Origin: Macrostomum lignano
Taxonomy: Eukaryota
Reading direction: 5' to 3'
DNA length: 64,000 nucleotides
NCBI GenBank assembly: GCA_002269645.1
Contig: NIVC01001936.1
Location: forward strand, 151,194-215,193
Below the pieces are notes generated by a model. It ran no database searches. It was not told the DNA's origin and saw nothing but the letters and a program-made list of their open reading frames with translations. Each line of letters starts with the position of its first letter. Positions within the stretch are counted from its first letter, which is position 1. Positions 42,513-54,330 of this stretch are shown here, piece after piece. Made by a program: the position numbers and the translations under genes.

Positions 42513-42978
42513 GAAAGTTGCTACGATTGCAGCCAGCAAGTAGTCAAGTCGATGCTCAGCTCGAAGGCCGCCTCGATGCGCTCATCGCGGGGGACTCGCC
42601 TGAAGCCCTCCAGCTGGAGCTCAGTGAGCCACGGACAGCCGCTGGCGATGCTGGCGAGGGCGACGGCAGTCAGCTGGCTGCAGTCGGACAGGTGGAGCCG
42701 CCGCAGGCCTCTGGCGACCGGACTGGCGCTTAGGTCGGCCACCGCCTCATCAGTGAGGCTGTAGCCAGTACAACCGAGGGCCCGCAACTCCATCAGATCG
42801 AGTGGCCAGACTGCGAGGCTTCGCAGATTCGCCCAGGCCTGGCGGGTCAGGATGCTGCAGTTGTTGATGCAGAGGCAGCGCAGGCGCGGCAGCCGGGAGA
42901 GCAGAGCCGCCAGCAGGTCGTCGGTGCCCGCCTCCAGCTCAACATGGGTCAACGCTGCAGTTAAATGGAATTTATAGC

Positions 42979-43617
42979 AGCTGAGCAGTCTGAGCATCTG
43001 GGAGAGCAGCAGTCTGAGCATCTGGGAGAGCAGCAGTGTGAGCATCTGGGAGAGCAGCAGTCTGAGCATCTGGGAGAGCAGCAGTCTGAGCATCTGGGAG
43101 AGCAGCAGTCTGAGCATCTGGGAGAGCAGCAGTCTGAGCATCTGGGAGAGCAGTCAGCAGTCTGAGCATCTGGGAGAGCAGTCAGCAGTCTGAGCATCTG
43201 GGAGAGCAGCAGTCTGAGCATCTGGGAGAGCAGCAGTCTGAGCATCTGGGAGAGCAGCAGTCTGAGCATCTGGGAGAGCAGCAGTCTGAGCATCTGGGAG
43301 AGCAGCAGTCTGAGCATCTGGGAGAGCAGCAGTCTGAGCATCTGGGAGAGCAGCAGTCTGAGCATCTGGGAGAGCAGCAGTCTGAGCATCTGGGAGAGCA
43401 GCAGTCTGAGCATCTGGGAGAGCAGTCAGCAGTCTGAGCATCTGGGAGAGCAGTCAGCAGTCTGAGCATCTGGGAGAGCAGCAGTCTGAGCATCTGGTAG
43501 AGCAGTCAGCAGTCTGAGCATCTGGGAGAGCAGCAGTCTGAGCATATGGGGGAGCAGCAGTCTGAGCATCTGGGAGAGCAGCAGTGTGAGCATCTGGGAG
43601 AGCAGCAGTTTGAGCAT
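42979..43617. repeat. 24-bp intronic minisatellite, about 26 copies
   Basis: Same unit as in genes A and C. Confidence 0.92.
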
Positions 43618-44411
43618 CAATCCGAGTATCTAGCAAAGGAGCGGCAAGGTGAGCGGGACTCACCTGGACAGCCACTGAGAGCGCCAGATAACCGAAAGCT
43701 CCATGGCGCATCAAAGAACGACCCCGTGAGCTGCAGCCGCTGAAGCCCCGGCGGCAGCGGACCGCTTAGACGAGCTCCGAATGTGCACCGAATTCCGTGA
43801 ATCTCCACTCGAAGGTCCGCAAGGCCGGCAGGTAAGCAGCGGAGGATCTGACGGAAGTCCTTATCTGAGGCTTGGTAAGACACCAAACGCAGACTCTCAA
43901 GTGAGGGCAGGCTGCGCAGCAGCCACAATGCTATCTCCGTATTCTCGTCACGTGACCCCTCGCAGTCAAGGCTCAGGTGCCTCAGGCCGGGCACGGGCGC
44001 AGGGTGCCGGTCGGGCTCGAGGTCGAAGGTGTTGCCGCAACTTGTCACTCGCAGCTCCGTCAGGTTCGGCGCGATGCTCAGCACGCGGGGCAACTCTGGA
44101 GGGTGGCGAGTTCAGCGAGGGCATTCAATGAAGGACCACCGGCAGTCAAGCAATTCAATAATTCTATGGAAATTTGTTTAAAAGCCAGACTAAAAAAATT
44201 TTCAGCTAAAAAGTTTTCACCGTCTGAACTTAAAAAGATGATGTAAAGCCAGTATGGGTTGAGTCCCGGGCGGTTTCACAAGTCCATCGACTTGGATTTA
44301 GAGTAAGCACTTATATAGAAGAGTGGCAAGCGCAAAGAAGTCCAGAAAATATTCGTTCTTCTTATTTTTCAAGTTGTCCTTACCGGTAGAACATCGTTTG
44401 AGGAAAGCCAG

Positions 44412-45395
44412 GAAAACGAAAGCAAAAACGAACAGTCGCATTTTTTCTTTAATAATTCGAAATTACAATTTTTGTACCCAAACCCAACTCTTGGAAGGTC
44501 CGTTTGATTCGTGGTTTGCTGCACCGGGCTTACCGTGTGCTCGTGGCATAAAGAGCTGACTCAGATCAAACAGATCTTCAAATCGAACAACTATCCCGAC
44601 CAGCTGGTTGACGCTGAAATTAAGGAATTCTTGAACAAGAAAATGAACGAGAAAATGGACACCATAGAAAATGTTAATAACGACAGAGATTCCCGTTCCA
44701 ATATCATTCAAGTGCCATACATCGGGCTGCCTAGCCTTAGGTTTTGCCGTAAAATAACGGCCATCTGTCATACCCACCTGAACATTTAAGGTTTTCCCTG
44801 TGTTCTATTCTACGAAGGTGTCGCAATACGTGCAAAGACTCAAGTGCAGTGTACCGAAAACCTTGTGTGCGGGAGTTATCTACAAATTATCGTGCGTTGC
44901 TGAGCAACGCCGGTTTTACATTGGTAAAACTGAAAAGGCACCTACACACAAGGGTTAAGGAGCACTATACAAGAGCTAGCGCTGTGTACGACCACCTCCA
45001 GATGTGCAACCAATGCGCTAAAGTTAGACATGCTGAGAAATTTGAAATTATCGATCGTAACCGCCAGAGTATGAAGTTGTCTACTCATGAGGCATTGTAC
45101 ATTAAACAGCTAAAGCTCACCATGAACATCCAACTTGGTGGTAGAGGGGTGAGTGTCCATCTAAGGGTGTTCTGACCCCATACACTTGCCTCTTATTTAG
45201 GGCCATCTAACTCGGTTACCCATACTTACAATCTTTTTGGCCTACTAGACTTTTTAAAAATTTGTCATCTCTCTGCATCTATATTATTGCCTGAAGATGC
45301 CGATTGTTCGGCGAAACATGTCGCGCGAAGATTGATAAATTGTAATTTCGTATTATTAAAGAAAAATGCGAATGTTCGTTTTTGCTTTCGTTTTC
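44412..45395 (+). mobile_element. 5'-truncated Penelope-like element with inverted terminal segments, in intron 1 of gene G
   Basis: RT-thumb-like KELTQIKQIFKSNNYP, then GIY-YIG GVIYKLSC...FYIGKT...RVKEH with frameshifts. 44412-44471 is the near-perfect reverse complement of 45337-45395. Absent from the paralogous intron of genes A and C. Confidence 0.88.
45285..45326 (+). ncRNA. Minimal type I hammerhead ribozyme in the Penelope terminal repeat
   Basis: CTGAAGA (45291-45297), stem II GCCGA/TCGGC with TTGT loop, GAAA, palindromic ACATGT helix III and a GTC cleavage triplet ending at 45322. Confidence 0.8.
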
Positions 45396-48300
45396 TTGTC
45401 TTTAGAACAGATTTTTTCCAAACGAATGATTCTAAAGGCGGGGCGGCCCGTGCTGTGAGATGGGGAATTCAGCAGCTCTGATGCATTTCCAAGCAGCACC
45501 GGGGCTTCAAGCAGATTCCCATGCACGGGGGTGCCAGGAGCGTGACTGTATTAGATTGGAACGGCGGTTCCTGCATACTAGCCCAGTGAAAAACTAGCGG
45601 CACTGACCGAAGCCGCGGCTGGCTGACAGCCCCACCGACAACACGGAGAGCCGGGGACACTCTGTCAGATCAGCAAGGAGCTCAGAAGCCTCGATGATCG
45701 GCAGGTGCAGCGCCGTGAGGCGGCCGATGAGCTCAACGAACAGCTGGCGCACCGAACGGTCCTGCCAGTCAGCAAACGCGTCAGTGACACTGCCGAGAAT
45801 TTCCAACAGCGAGAGGCGCGGGCAGCCGGACGGCAGGCTGCTCAGCGAGGCGGCCGACAGCGACTTCTGGCAGTCGGTGATGCTCAGCTCCAGCAGGCCG
45901 GGGCACCTCCTCCGTCACCGCAGCGTCGCCATGCACCTCCCGCAGGCTGAGGCAGGTGAGGCTGGCGGATGCGGCCAACAACAGTGCAGCAGCCGGTTCT
46001 CGGCTGTCAGCCCCCAGGCCGAGATCTCCCACACGCTGCCGCCCAGCCAGTCTCTGAGCCGCTCCATCAGCCCAGCATCCACGGCGTCGCCATCAATGCG
46101 GATTTTGCGCCACAGCCGCGAGCCGCCACCAGCGCCTGCTCAGCTGAGCGCACCGGCCGAGGCTGGTCTGGTCCAGCTCGGACAGGATCTGCGTGAGCAG
46201 CTCCTCTGGCAGCTGCTCCAAGTGAAAGGGAGAACTGCCGGGTTCGAATTCTCCAGCCGCCTCCATTCGCAGGCGTTTCCGGACCGGAGCCTCCAGATCG
46301 AAGCTCACAGAATGAGTCATCTGTAAAGCCATAAAGTGGCAAAGGCAGCCAGTGGCTGCTGCAGCAATCAGTCAATGAAGCATTTGTTTCTACAAAATAC
46401 TCTGGATTGTAAAAGGCTAAGATGGAGTCTTCAAAGCAAATTAATTATCAATGTTGTTTAAAATGTAGGATATACTAGAATTATACTCATAGCGCACAGC
46501 TGTATATTGAATTTTTAATATCTGCTTTTTGTACAACTACAATGCAGCAAGAAAGGAAAAGGCAAAACAAAACAAGAAGCAAAGAATGGGCCTAAAAACA
46601 AAGCAAGTTGAAAATGGAACAAACTAAAAAAGTGGAATTTTTTAATTTAAAAAATCTACATTTACCTAAATATCTTATCATGACATGACATACATGTAGT
46701 CATAGGCATTAAATTTGCTATTTTACTTGAGGAGGGCTTAGCTATATTACATATAATTTTAAAATAGACATATTAGGTTAGTCTATTTTATAATTTTTAG
46801 ACAACACTTAGACTTAGTTAAAGTCCAAACAAATTAGACCAGATCTTAGATCAATCTAGTGTATTTGTTATGTTATATTAATACTAGTGATGTAGTGTGC
46901 CTCGTTTTGTAATATAGAATGCCTTCCAGAATAGATATTAACTACGTTTGCGAAAAGTTCTTTTCGTTGAAAATACTGTATTTGAATTTACGCTAAAAAG
47001 AAATTAAGTTATACTTTTTGTTTAAATGTTGTAAAAGCAAATAACATTTTACGAAATAAAATTTTGTTTTAAATATATCGTTCAAGCAATATAAATTGAG
47101 GGCCAGTGAGGTGCCGAGAAGAGCAACTCGACCGGTCGTCCCGAGCAACTCGAGCAACTCGAGCTTAGCCGATTTTGTCTGTTGCCTCTTCCGCAAGCCT
47201 TGCGAGTACAATCAATTCAGTCTTATTATTAAATCGCTATTTGCAGAGTTTGAAAGACTTCCCGTTGAAAAATTATGGGAACAATTTGTGGGAACATTTG
47301 GTAGCTTATGGCAATTTATGGCTAAATAGTGGTAAATTTTGGTAACTTGTGGTTACTTTTCAAGTTTAAGAGGTGGGCGCCACCGTGGCGTGCGCTGATT
47401 GGCTATCTGTTTGGCAACTTTTAGGAACATTGAGCGCGGCGAATGGGAACTTTTGGTAACTTTTTGGAGAGGTAAAAAAATGGCAACATTTAGGAAACTT
47501 TTGGTAACTTTTAGCACTTTTTGGTGAGTTTTTGGGAATTTTCGGCAACTTATGGTAACTTATCAGTGGCCTCATGAGTGGCGGGCGCCCTGCATGACTC
47601 ATTACGTACGGAAACTTTTGGGAACTTTTCTAATAAATTGGTAACATCTGGTAATTTTCATATGAGGTGTGCCTCGGAAAGAACAAGTACAATGTTAATT
47701 TAATTATGAATGCAGTAGAAGTTCTCGAAAGCAACTTTAAAGGTCGGAACTATGTTTAATAAGTATCATGCCGATGATGGTATTTGTTAAAGTTAAATTT
47801 ATCTGCCCAATATATCGATCTATTTTAAATGACTGATGCGCCAGTCATGGCGTGCACCATCAGCGGCCATACTACTAGCTATATTCTGATATTGCGCTTA
47901 TCATCAGACATCTTAGGCAACCTGGGAAGATAATTTACTTAATGTGTTACATTATGATGTTATCTTTGTGTAATATCTCCAGACTCTCGTGACTCTCATA
48001 AATCCACATATACTAAATCGTTTTCTATAGATCATAATCGAATTTACAGATGGAACTTCCGTAGAGTTTGTATGCAGGTGTTAATTTTAGCTAGGCCTAT
48101 ATGAAATCTTACTTTTTATTAACGAACATCCAGGGTACATACAATGTATGTTAATACGTGATAGTGTTTAGATAGCATCACATAGTCGTTTTTTATTTTA
48201 AAGAAATTAGCGTCTAGTTTTGCTTGTTTGCTAAGGTAAATTATGCAAAAGTAGGTTGATAATTGTAGGCATGAACTAGGAACTAGACATAGTGGTAATA

Positions 48301-50403
48301 TTTCTTATTTTTCAAGTACACAATTCCTGATCATAATGTCATATTAACCAGGTACGACAATCTATGTTTTCTATTACACACTCAGAAAAGATGTTTTGTA
48401 AAAATTTAAACTAAATTAGACTGATATGAATGAACTGCATGTATCAGTAGAAATAGCTAAGTAACTTTTTATTAAAAAATGTGCATTCATATGCCAATTT
48501 GCAATTTTGGAAATTAAGTATTAGAACTTAATGAGTAGGGGCCTAGGCCTATGAAAATATATTTCAACTGAGGTTATTTTAATCAGTCAAAATTAAGCAG
48601 AAATTAAGCAGAAGCACTATATTAATGCATTAAATTTGTATCTTTTTGTTGCATTAACCAAAACAAGCTGAACCAAACAGGTTATAGGAATAAATACTAA
48701 TTTTAACTTTAATTTTTTAATTTCGTATTTGCATGGCATTATATTCAAAAAATTATAACTACAATATTTTTGGCATTGCCACTAAGTATGTCCTTTGTAC
48801 TATATCACTATAGTAGTTAAATGCAATTTTTATGATACTTTCTAGTATATATGCATATATAATTTTAAGCTAGTTTGATCAGCCATTACTTGTTAGCCTG
48901 CTAAAACTATATAATACCTGGACAATTCCATGTGATGGTCAAATGTATATATGTGATTAAGATGGTCATGTGAGTATGAAGGTCATGAAACAAAGGTCTT
49001 TATCAATTAAAACTCTGATTTGAATTGGTAAAACCAGACTTATTAAAGCTCTAGATAGAAATATTATGAAAGAAGCTTTAGTTCTAGTAAAGCAAGAATT
49101 AGTATTTAATTGTATACAATAATTGTCTTCATGAAATATGATTTGCATTGTTATGAAATTTAAATATGTTTTAAAATGATCCTAGGATTCTTGAAGTACT
49201 GATATTTTATCCTATTTATTTTTATATTTATGCATAAAGACTTTTTACAATAATCTAGACTCATAATTCTAAGATTATATACAGTTAATTTTGTATAAAA
49301 TAATAGTAGTCTGCCTGTTGTAGCCTTTACATATAAAATTTGGTATTATTTTATGACTGGATTTAATTGTACAATGGTAAAGAATGATATTAGTCTATAG
49401 GTTACATTATGAAGTTGCTTCTGTACTTACACATTTTCAGTCTTAGATAATTTAATTTTACCTTGTTGGAGCAAATCCAAAATTGGTCTACTTATTTATC
49501 TGAAAATCAGAATCACATTTTTGTATTAATACGCAAGAAATTATATGTATTGACTTTATATATTATATATATTGTCAAATATATGTCATAATATAACTAG
49601 ACTCCACTGAAAATTTGAAGGTAAACCAAGAAAAGGTTTCTAAGATATTGAATATTTCAGATTTATCCCTAATTAGATAGAAGTTTACTCTGGTTATTAG
49701 GTTGCCAGCACATGCTCTACTGTACCAATATGGGAATAATAATCTGTGTAATCTGTGTGAATAATAATCTGTGTAGCCACTTTAAAAATAAATAAAGCGG
49801 CTACACAGACGCGCACACACACACACACACAGACGCGCACACACACACACACACAGACACATGGACAGAGTTTTGTGTTTTATATATTTAGTTAAGAGAA
49901 GATAATAATTTTTCTTTAAAGTCAACACCATTTAACCAGTTATCCTGGGTTACTTTATGATGTTCTGGAGATGCACAAGTGAAAAGATGGATTTTATTAA
50001 ATTAGTCTTTGTATGGCATCCATTATTTAGCATGCAAAATGTCCATTTCTCAGACCTCATCACTCCACACCGCCATAATAATAAAGTATTAATTTTCAAA
50101 TTCTGGCCCAGCTAATATCCCATTAAAAATGCATGGATTGTCTGCGTTAGTAATTCCTTTAGTTAAACTTCTGTGCAACTCATGCACTCACTACAACATT
50201 TGCAGGATTACCTTATCAATGTTACTCGATTTTATATCAATGCTGCCACATCAATATTATTCATAATCTACCATTCCAGATTGCAGATTACCAAATTCGA
50301 GGGCCACATCGACCGACGACTACGCTCTACAGTTGTTAGAGCGCCAAGAGGCCGTTCTCCCTATGTCAACCGAGATTAACCAAGACCCACTAAAACACTA
50401 GTT

Positions 50404-52005
50404 ATGGCAAGCTTGTCTTACGAAAACCCACCATTCTGGGTAGTTCAAGGCACAGAAACTAACAATAGACAATGCTATGCAATATCTGTAAGGAGAATTG
50501 TGAAACCGTCACCAGCGCCTACACAGCAATTCGCGAAAGTGTTGGTGAACTTATCGTCCCACAACACACGACACACAAAGCCTCAGCTGCTACAGGCGGA
50601 ACTATTAAAGGGCCCGTTCGATAACAAGGAGGCTGCGTCTCGCGCTATGCAGTGTTGTCAATTGCCAGACGAAACTTATTGCATCGACTTGGATTGCGAT
50701 AGTTGCAGCGTGCTGCACCGAAAGATGGCCGTTGTCGAGGAGCAGATGGACAGGCTCAAAAACGAGCTTCAAAGCGCCAAAGCGGCAGCATCTGAAAGGC
50801 GCGACTTGCTACTGAAGGAGGTGGATGCGCACAAGTCGACGCAGAGGCGCTTGGAGGTGGCTAATGCTGAGATGGATGACCTGCGCCAAGAAATTGATCG
50901 TCTCAGAACGACTGGCGAATCATCCGAATTTCAATCCAACGTTATTCGGATTATGCAAGACTTTGCCGCTCAAAGCCTTGCAACAAGCCAAACCCCAGCT
51001 TTGGTAGCTCCTGCTATTCACGCTTCCCCATCGATCGAGGTCATATCCGAGATTCTGGGAGAAGACCAACGAGTGCCGCTTCTGGCGTCCGCCCCGAACG
51101 TGACTATTACAAGAGAGCAGAAGGCAGCTATTGAGCATGCGGTTGCTGAACTCCGTCGCGAGCCGGGTGACAAGCAGTTGCGAAAGCTCACCAGACTCCT
51201 CATTCGTTCCCTTTTTTCGACCTCGGAATTGTGCGTGACTACCGTGTCTGGCATGGCCAAGAAGCAGCAAATTCGTATGCCAGCGAATTGTCATATTGTG
51301 AGGACAATTACTCAGTTCCTCACAGCTGCTTCTCCTAATCCTCTACCACACGGTCTTTTCCGCAATTCATTCAAATATTGCTCGTTGGATGCCCGCCGGA
51401 AAAAGAAAAGGATCGATTCTAGTGCGCTAAGAAGCGGCGGGACCGATCAGTCCTCCTCAACCGAGACGAGTGCGCTAAGAAGCGGCGGGACCGATCAGTC
51501 CTCCTCAACCGAGACGAGTGCGTTAAGAAGCGGCGGGACCGATCAGTCCTCCTCAACCGAGACGAGTGCGCTAAGAAGCGGCGGGACCGATCAGTCCTCC
51601 TCAACCAAGACGAGTGCGCTAAGTGGCGGCGGGACCGATCAGTCCTCCTCAACCGAGACGAGTGCGCTAAGTGGCGGCGGGACCGATCAGTCCTCCTCAA
51701 CCGAGACGAGTGCGCTAAGAAGCGGCGGGACCGATCAGTCCTCCTCAACCGAGACGAGTGCGTTAAGAAGCGGCGGGACCAATCAGTCCTCCTCAACCGA
51801 GACGAGTGCGCTAAGAAGCGGCGGGACCGATCAGTCCTCCTCAACCGAGACGAGTGCGCTAAGAAGCGGCGGGACCGATCAGTCCTCCTCAACCAAGACG
51901 AGTGCGCTAAGTGGCGGCGGGACAATAAAAAAAGGGGAGAAGCGAACAAAGCAGCAACCTTCTCGGAGCTCAAAGAGATCAAAGAGAAATGTTCGCGAAA
52001 CCTAG
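50404..52005 (+). CDS. 533-aa protein: N-terminal beta-rich domain, coiled coil, BEN-like domain, 16-aa repeat tail, basic C-terminus
   Basis: Coiled coil VLHRKMAVVEEQMDRLKNELQ...EIDRLR; LTRLLIRSLFSTSEL...VSG...FKYCSLDARRKK follows the BEN pattern (by-eye match). Intronless. Confidence 0.7.
   Translation: MASLSYENPPFWVVQGTETNNRQCYAISVRRIVKPSPAPTQQFAKVLVNLSSHNTRHTKPQLLQAELLKGPFDNKEAASRAMQCCQLPDETYCIDLDCDSCSVLHRKMAVVEEQMDRLKNELQSAKAAASERRDLLLKEVDAHKSTQRRLEVANAEMDDLRQEIDRLRTTGESSEFQSNVIRIMQDFAAQSLATSQTPALVAPAIHASPSIEVISEILGEDQRVPLLASAPNVTITREQKAAIEHAVAELRREPGDKQLRKLTRLLIRSLFSTSELCVTTVSGMAKKQQIRMPANCHIVRTITQFLTAASPNPLPHGLFRNSFKYCSLDARRKKKRIDSSALRSGGTDQSSSTETSALRSGGTDQSSSTETSALRSGGTDQSSSTETSALRSGGTDQSSSTKTSALSGGGTDQSSSTETSALSGGGTDQSSSTETSALRSGGTDQSSSTETSALRSGGTNQSSSTETSALRSGGTDQSSSTETSALRSGGTDQSSSTKTSALSGGGTIKKGEKRTKQQPSRSSKRSKRNVRET
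51421..51920 (+). repeat. 48-bp in-frame coding repeat (SALRSGGTDQSSSTET) x10
   Basis: Tandem periodicity within the ORF. Confidence 0.93.
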
Positions 52006-52621
52006 ACAGTTTTTTGTAATATTCCCCAGTCCGTGTACTCGTATGCTGCTGCTAATAAGCTTTACGGCTATTCGTTTTCGACTAATTGCAACTGCGTCAA
52101 ACATGTGCCGGGATTAGTGTACGGGAATCAAAATATTTTTTTAATTGTTAAATGAATTGCTGTTCCATTGTTGAAACTGTTTAAATTCAACTAGATTACC
52201 TTTGCCTTACATTTTTTGCTCCACGTTAACTTTTGTTTGAATTTAATTTAACATTGTTGTTCTTTCTCTTCATCAATACTCACACTGCATTTACTATGTA
52301 TAGTGTGCTTTTGGTAATCTTTTTATGTTTTTCATTGTTACGTTAAGTCGTTATATTGCATTCTCATACTGCTGTTTCCTTCTTTTTTCACTGCTATAAA
52401 CTACTAGCCAATCAGCATTTTTTGCATTTACAGTGTTATAAATACACACCTAACAAACTGTTTCTCCCATTTTGTTACCCAGATCCACTACCAAACTCAA
52501 AACTCTTGAGAGAATTTTACCTTAACTTCTATTTGCTTTTAATCAGAAGTGAATAATTATTACAATCGGAAATTGTCAGCCTAAGCAATTTTCTTACAAT
52601 AGGCAAATTAAACCATCAATT

Positions 52622-52926
52622 GTAACTTTTGGTAACTTTTGGGAGCTTCTCACCAGAAGCGAATGGAAACATCAATGGCAACTTTTGGGAACTTATGGGA
52701 GCTTCTCAACAGAAACGAATGGAAACATCAATGGCAACTTTTGGTAACTTTTGGGAGCTTCTCACCAGAAGCGAATGGAAACATCAATGGCAACTTTTGG
52801 GAACTTATGGGAGCTTCTCAACAGAAACGAATGGAAACATCAATGGCAACTTTTGGTAACTTTTGGGAGCTTCTCACCAGAAGCGAATGGAAACATCAAT
52901 GGCAACTTTTGGGAACTTTTGGGAAC
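52622..52926. repeat. Subterminal 56/112-bp higher-order repeat of the TIR element
   Basis: Alternating 56-bp subunits built around AACTTTTGG(T/G)AACTT. Confidence 0.85.
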
Positions 52927-53715
52927 TCCCTATCCCCGTACGTGTAAATTTGAAATGGTAACTTTTGGTAACTTTTCTGCCAAAAGTTACCATATTCCGG
53001 CCCTCTGATTGGCTATGTGTGTAAATGTTTCCTAACGCGTACGCCTTCCGATTGGCTGCGAGAATGGTAACTTTTTGGTAACTTTCATAGGCAAAAGTTC
53101 CTGTAAATGTTTCCATAATTTTTCAACGGGTTAGCCATTTCCCTTAGAATATCAGAAGTCCGCTGGAAGCGAGAACCGAGGAAAGTCGCCTCAGGGCAGG
53201 AAGAAGCACAAAAAGGCTGTGACCCTCTGATCCCGGGAACGCCCAGGACTGAGAGAGAAAAACCTCTATAAGAGTGAATAAGTAAGAATAGAGTAGGTAG
53301 TGCCATTAGACCGCTTAGGCCAGAAGGTACGAGCTACTCGTACTCGTACATACAGGCGCTACCAGTAGAAATAAGTAAAAGTACATGCAAAAGTACATAT
53401 TAACTATGAATAGGAGAACATAGGTATCACCATAGCACAACTTGGTGGCAGCAAATAAGATTATCCCAGAGAAAAGGAAGAGAAAGCCCTGGGACAACTT
53501 TGGTGGCTAACCGGTGGGATAGTTCCAAGAAGACAGAACAGTTAAAATCTAGCCCTGTTACTAGACTTATATTGAATATTGTGGAAGGCTTTCCCTTTTT
53601 CAGATTATGGTATTAAAAAAGTAAACCTTTTTTCCAATTGAATCCGCGCGCTATTTATTTTACTACGATAAATAATTGGTTTTAATACGCAACATTTTAA
53701 TTAATTTGTATTTTT

Positions 53716-54330
53716 TTAATTTGAACCCATTTTTGGTTTGTTCAGTGAAATCAGATATTCAGACACTTTCGTGTTCAAGTTAGGCATTGCAGAGCGGGTC
53801 TGTAGTCGGTGATCGAGTGGAGCTGCAGGTGTTGCTGGTGTTGCTGGCCACCTGTTAAAATGGCGGGTGGTTTGCGACCTAGGCATATCAATGTACCTAG
53901 GTCGCTGTCTAACAGTGATAACAGTAGTTACCGTCTGGAGAGATAATCGCGGGCTTCGTTGCCCAGGATATTGTTTTGACTGGGGTGTCCAGATAATTCT
54001 AATCCTTTTAAGGACTGAGAGAGATTGCACACAGCCGCGGCATTGAGATACTAGCTAGCTGTTTCAGCGGAATTTTGGCCTGTTTAAGGCCTTGATAGCG
54101 GCTTGGCTATCAGTGTAAAAATGAATATTGAAAGTTCTGAAATTCACCTGCTGGAGCAGGTGCTGGACACACTGCTCAATGGCAAAAATTTAGGTTTGGA
54201 AAACCGAGATATTCTCACCAAGGTGTAGACTTTCCTGAAAGAGCTTCTTACCCTTGTGAAGATGACGATACCCGCTCCAGCGCGGCCGTTAAACAGCGAG
54301 CCGTCAGTGGAGCAGGGAAGCCCTGGCTGT
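53716..54330 (-). mobile_element. Non-LTR retrotransposon relic, RNase H domain
   Basis: TDGSLFNGRAGAGI...LGENISVFQ...[11 protein letters not shown]...IIW...ILGNEARD, with stops and frameshifts. Confidence 0.85.

Larger units (their letters stand above)
42521..46320 (-). pseudogene. F-box/LRR paralog G (C-type); exon 1 frameshifted, exons 2-3 open
   Basis: Exons 46320-45608 (11-bp deletion near 46120 plus further deletions near 45975 and 45910), 44095-43664 and 42954-42521. Confidence 0.8.
47261..53130 (+). mobile_element. 5.87-kb TIR element (CMC/EnSpm-like), non-autonomous, carrying a BEN-like gene
   Basis: Perfect 18-bp TIR CCCGTTGAAAAATTATGG with imperfect extension; TT on both flanks (2-bp TSD); TTTTGGTAACTT subterminal repeats at both ends; no transposase ORF seen. 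Confidence 0.8.

Noticed and set aside
48960-49150. GKT-containing segment as a helicase or transposase relic inside the TIR element
   Set aside because: No complete Walker A motif, stops in all frames, AT-rich background.
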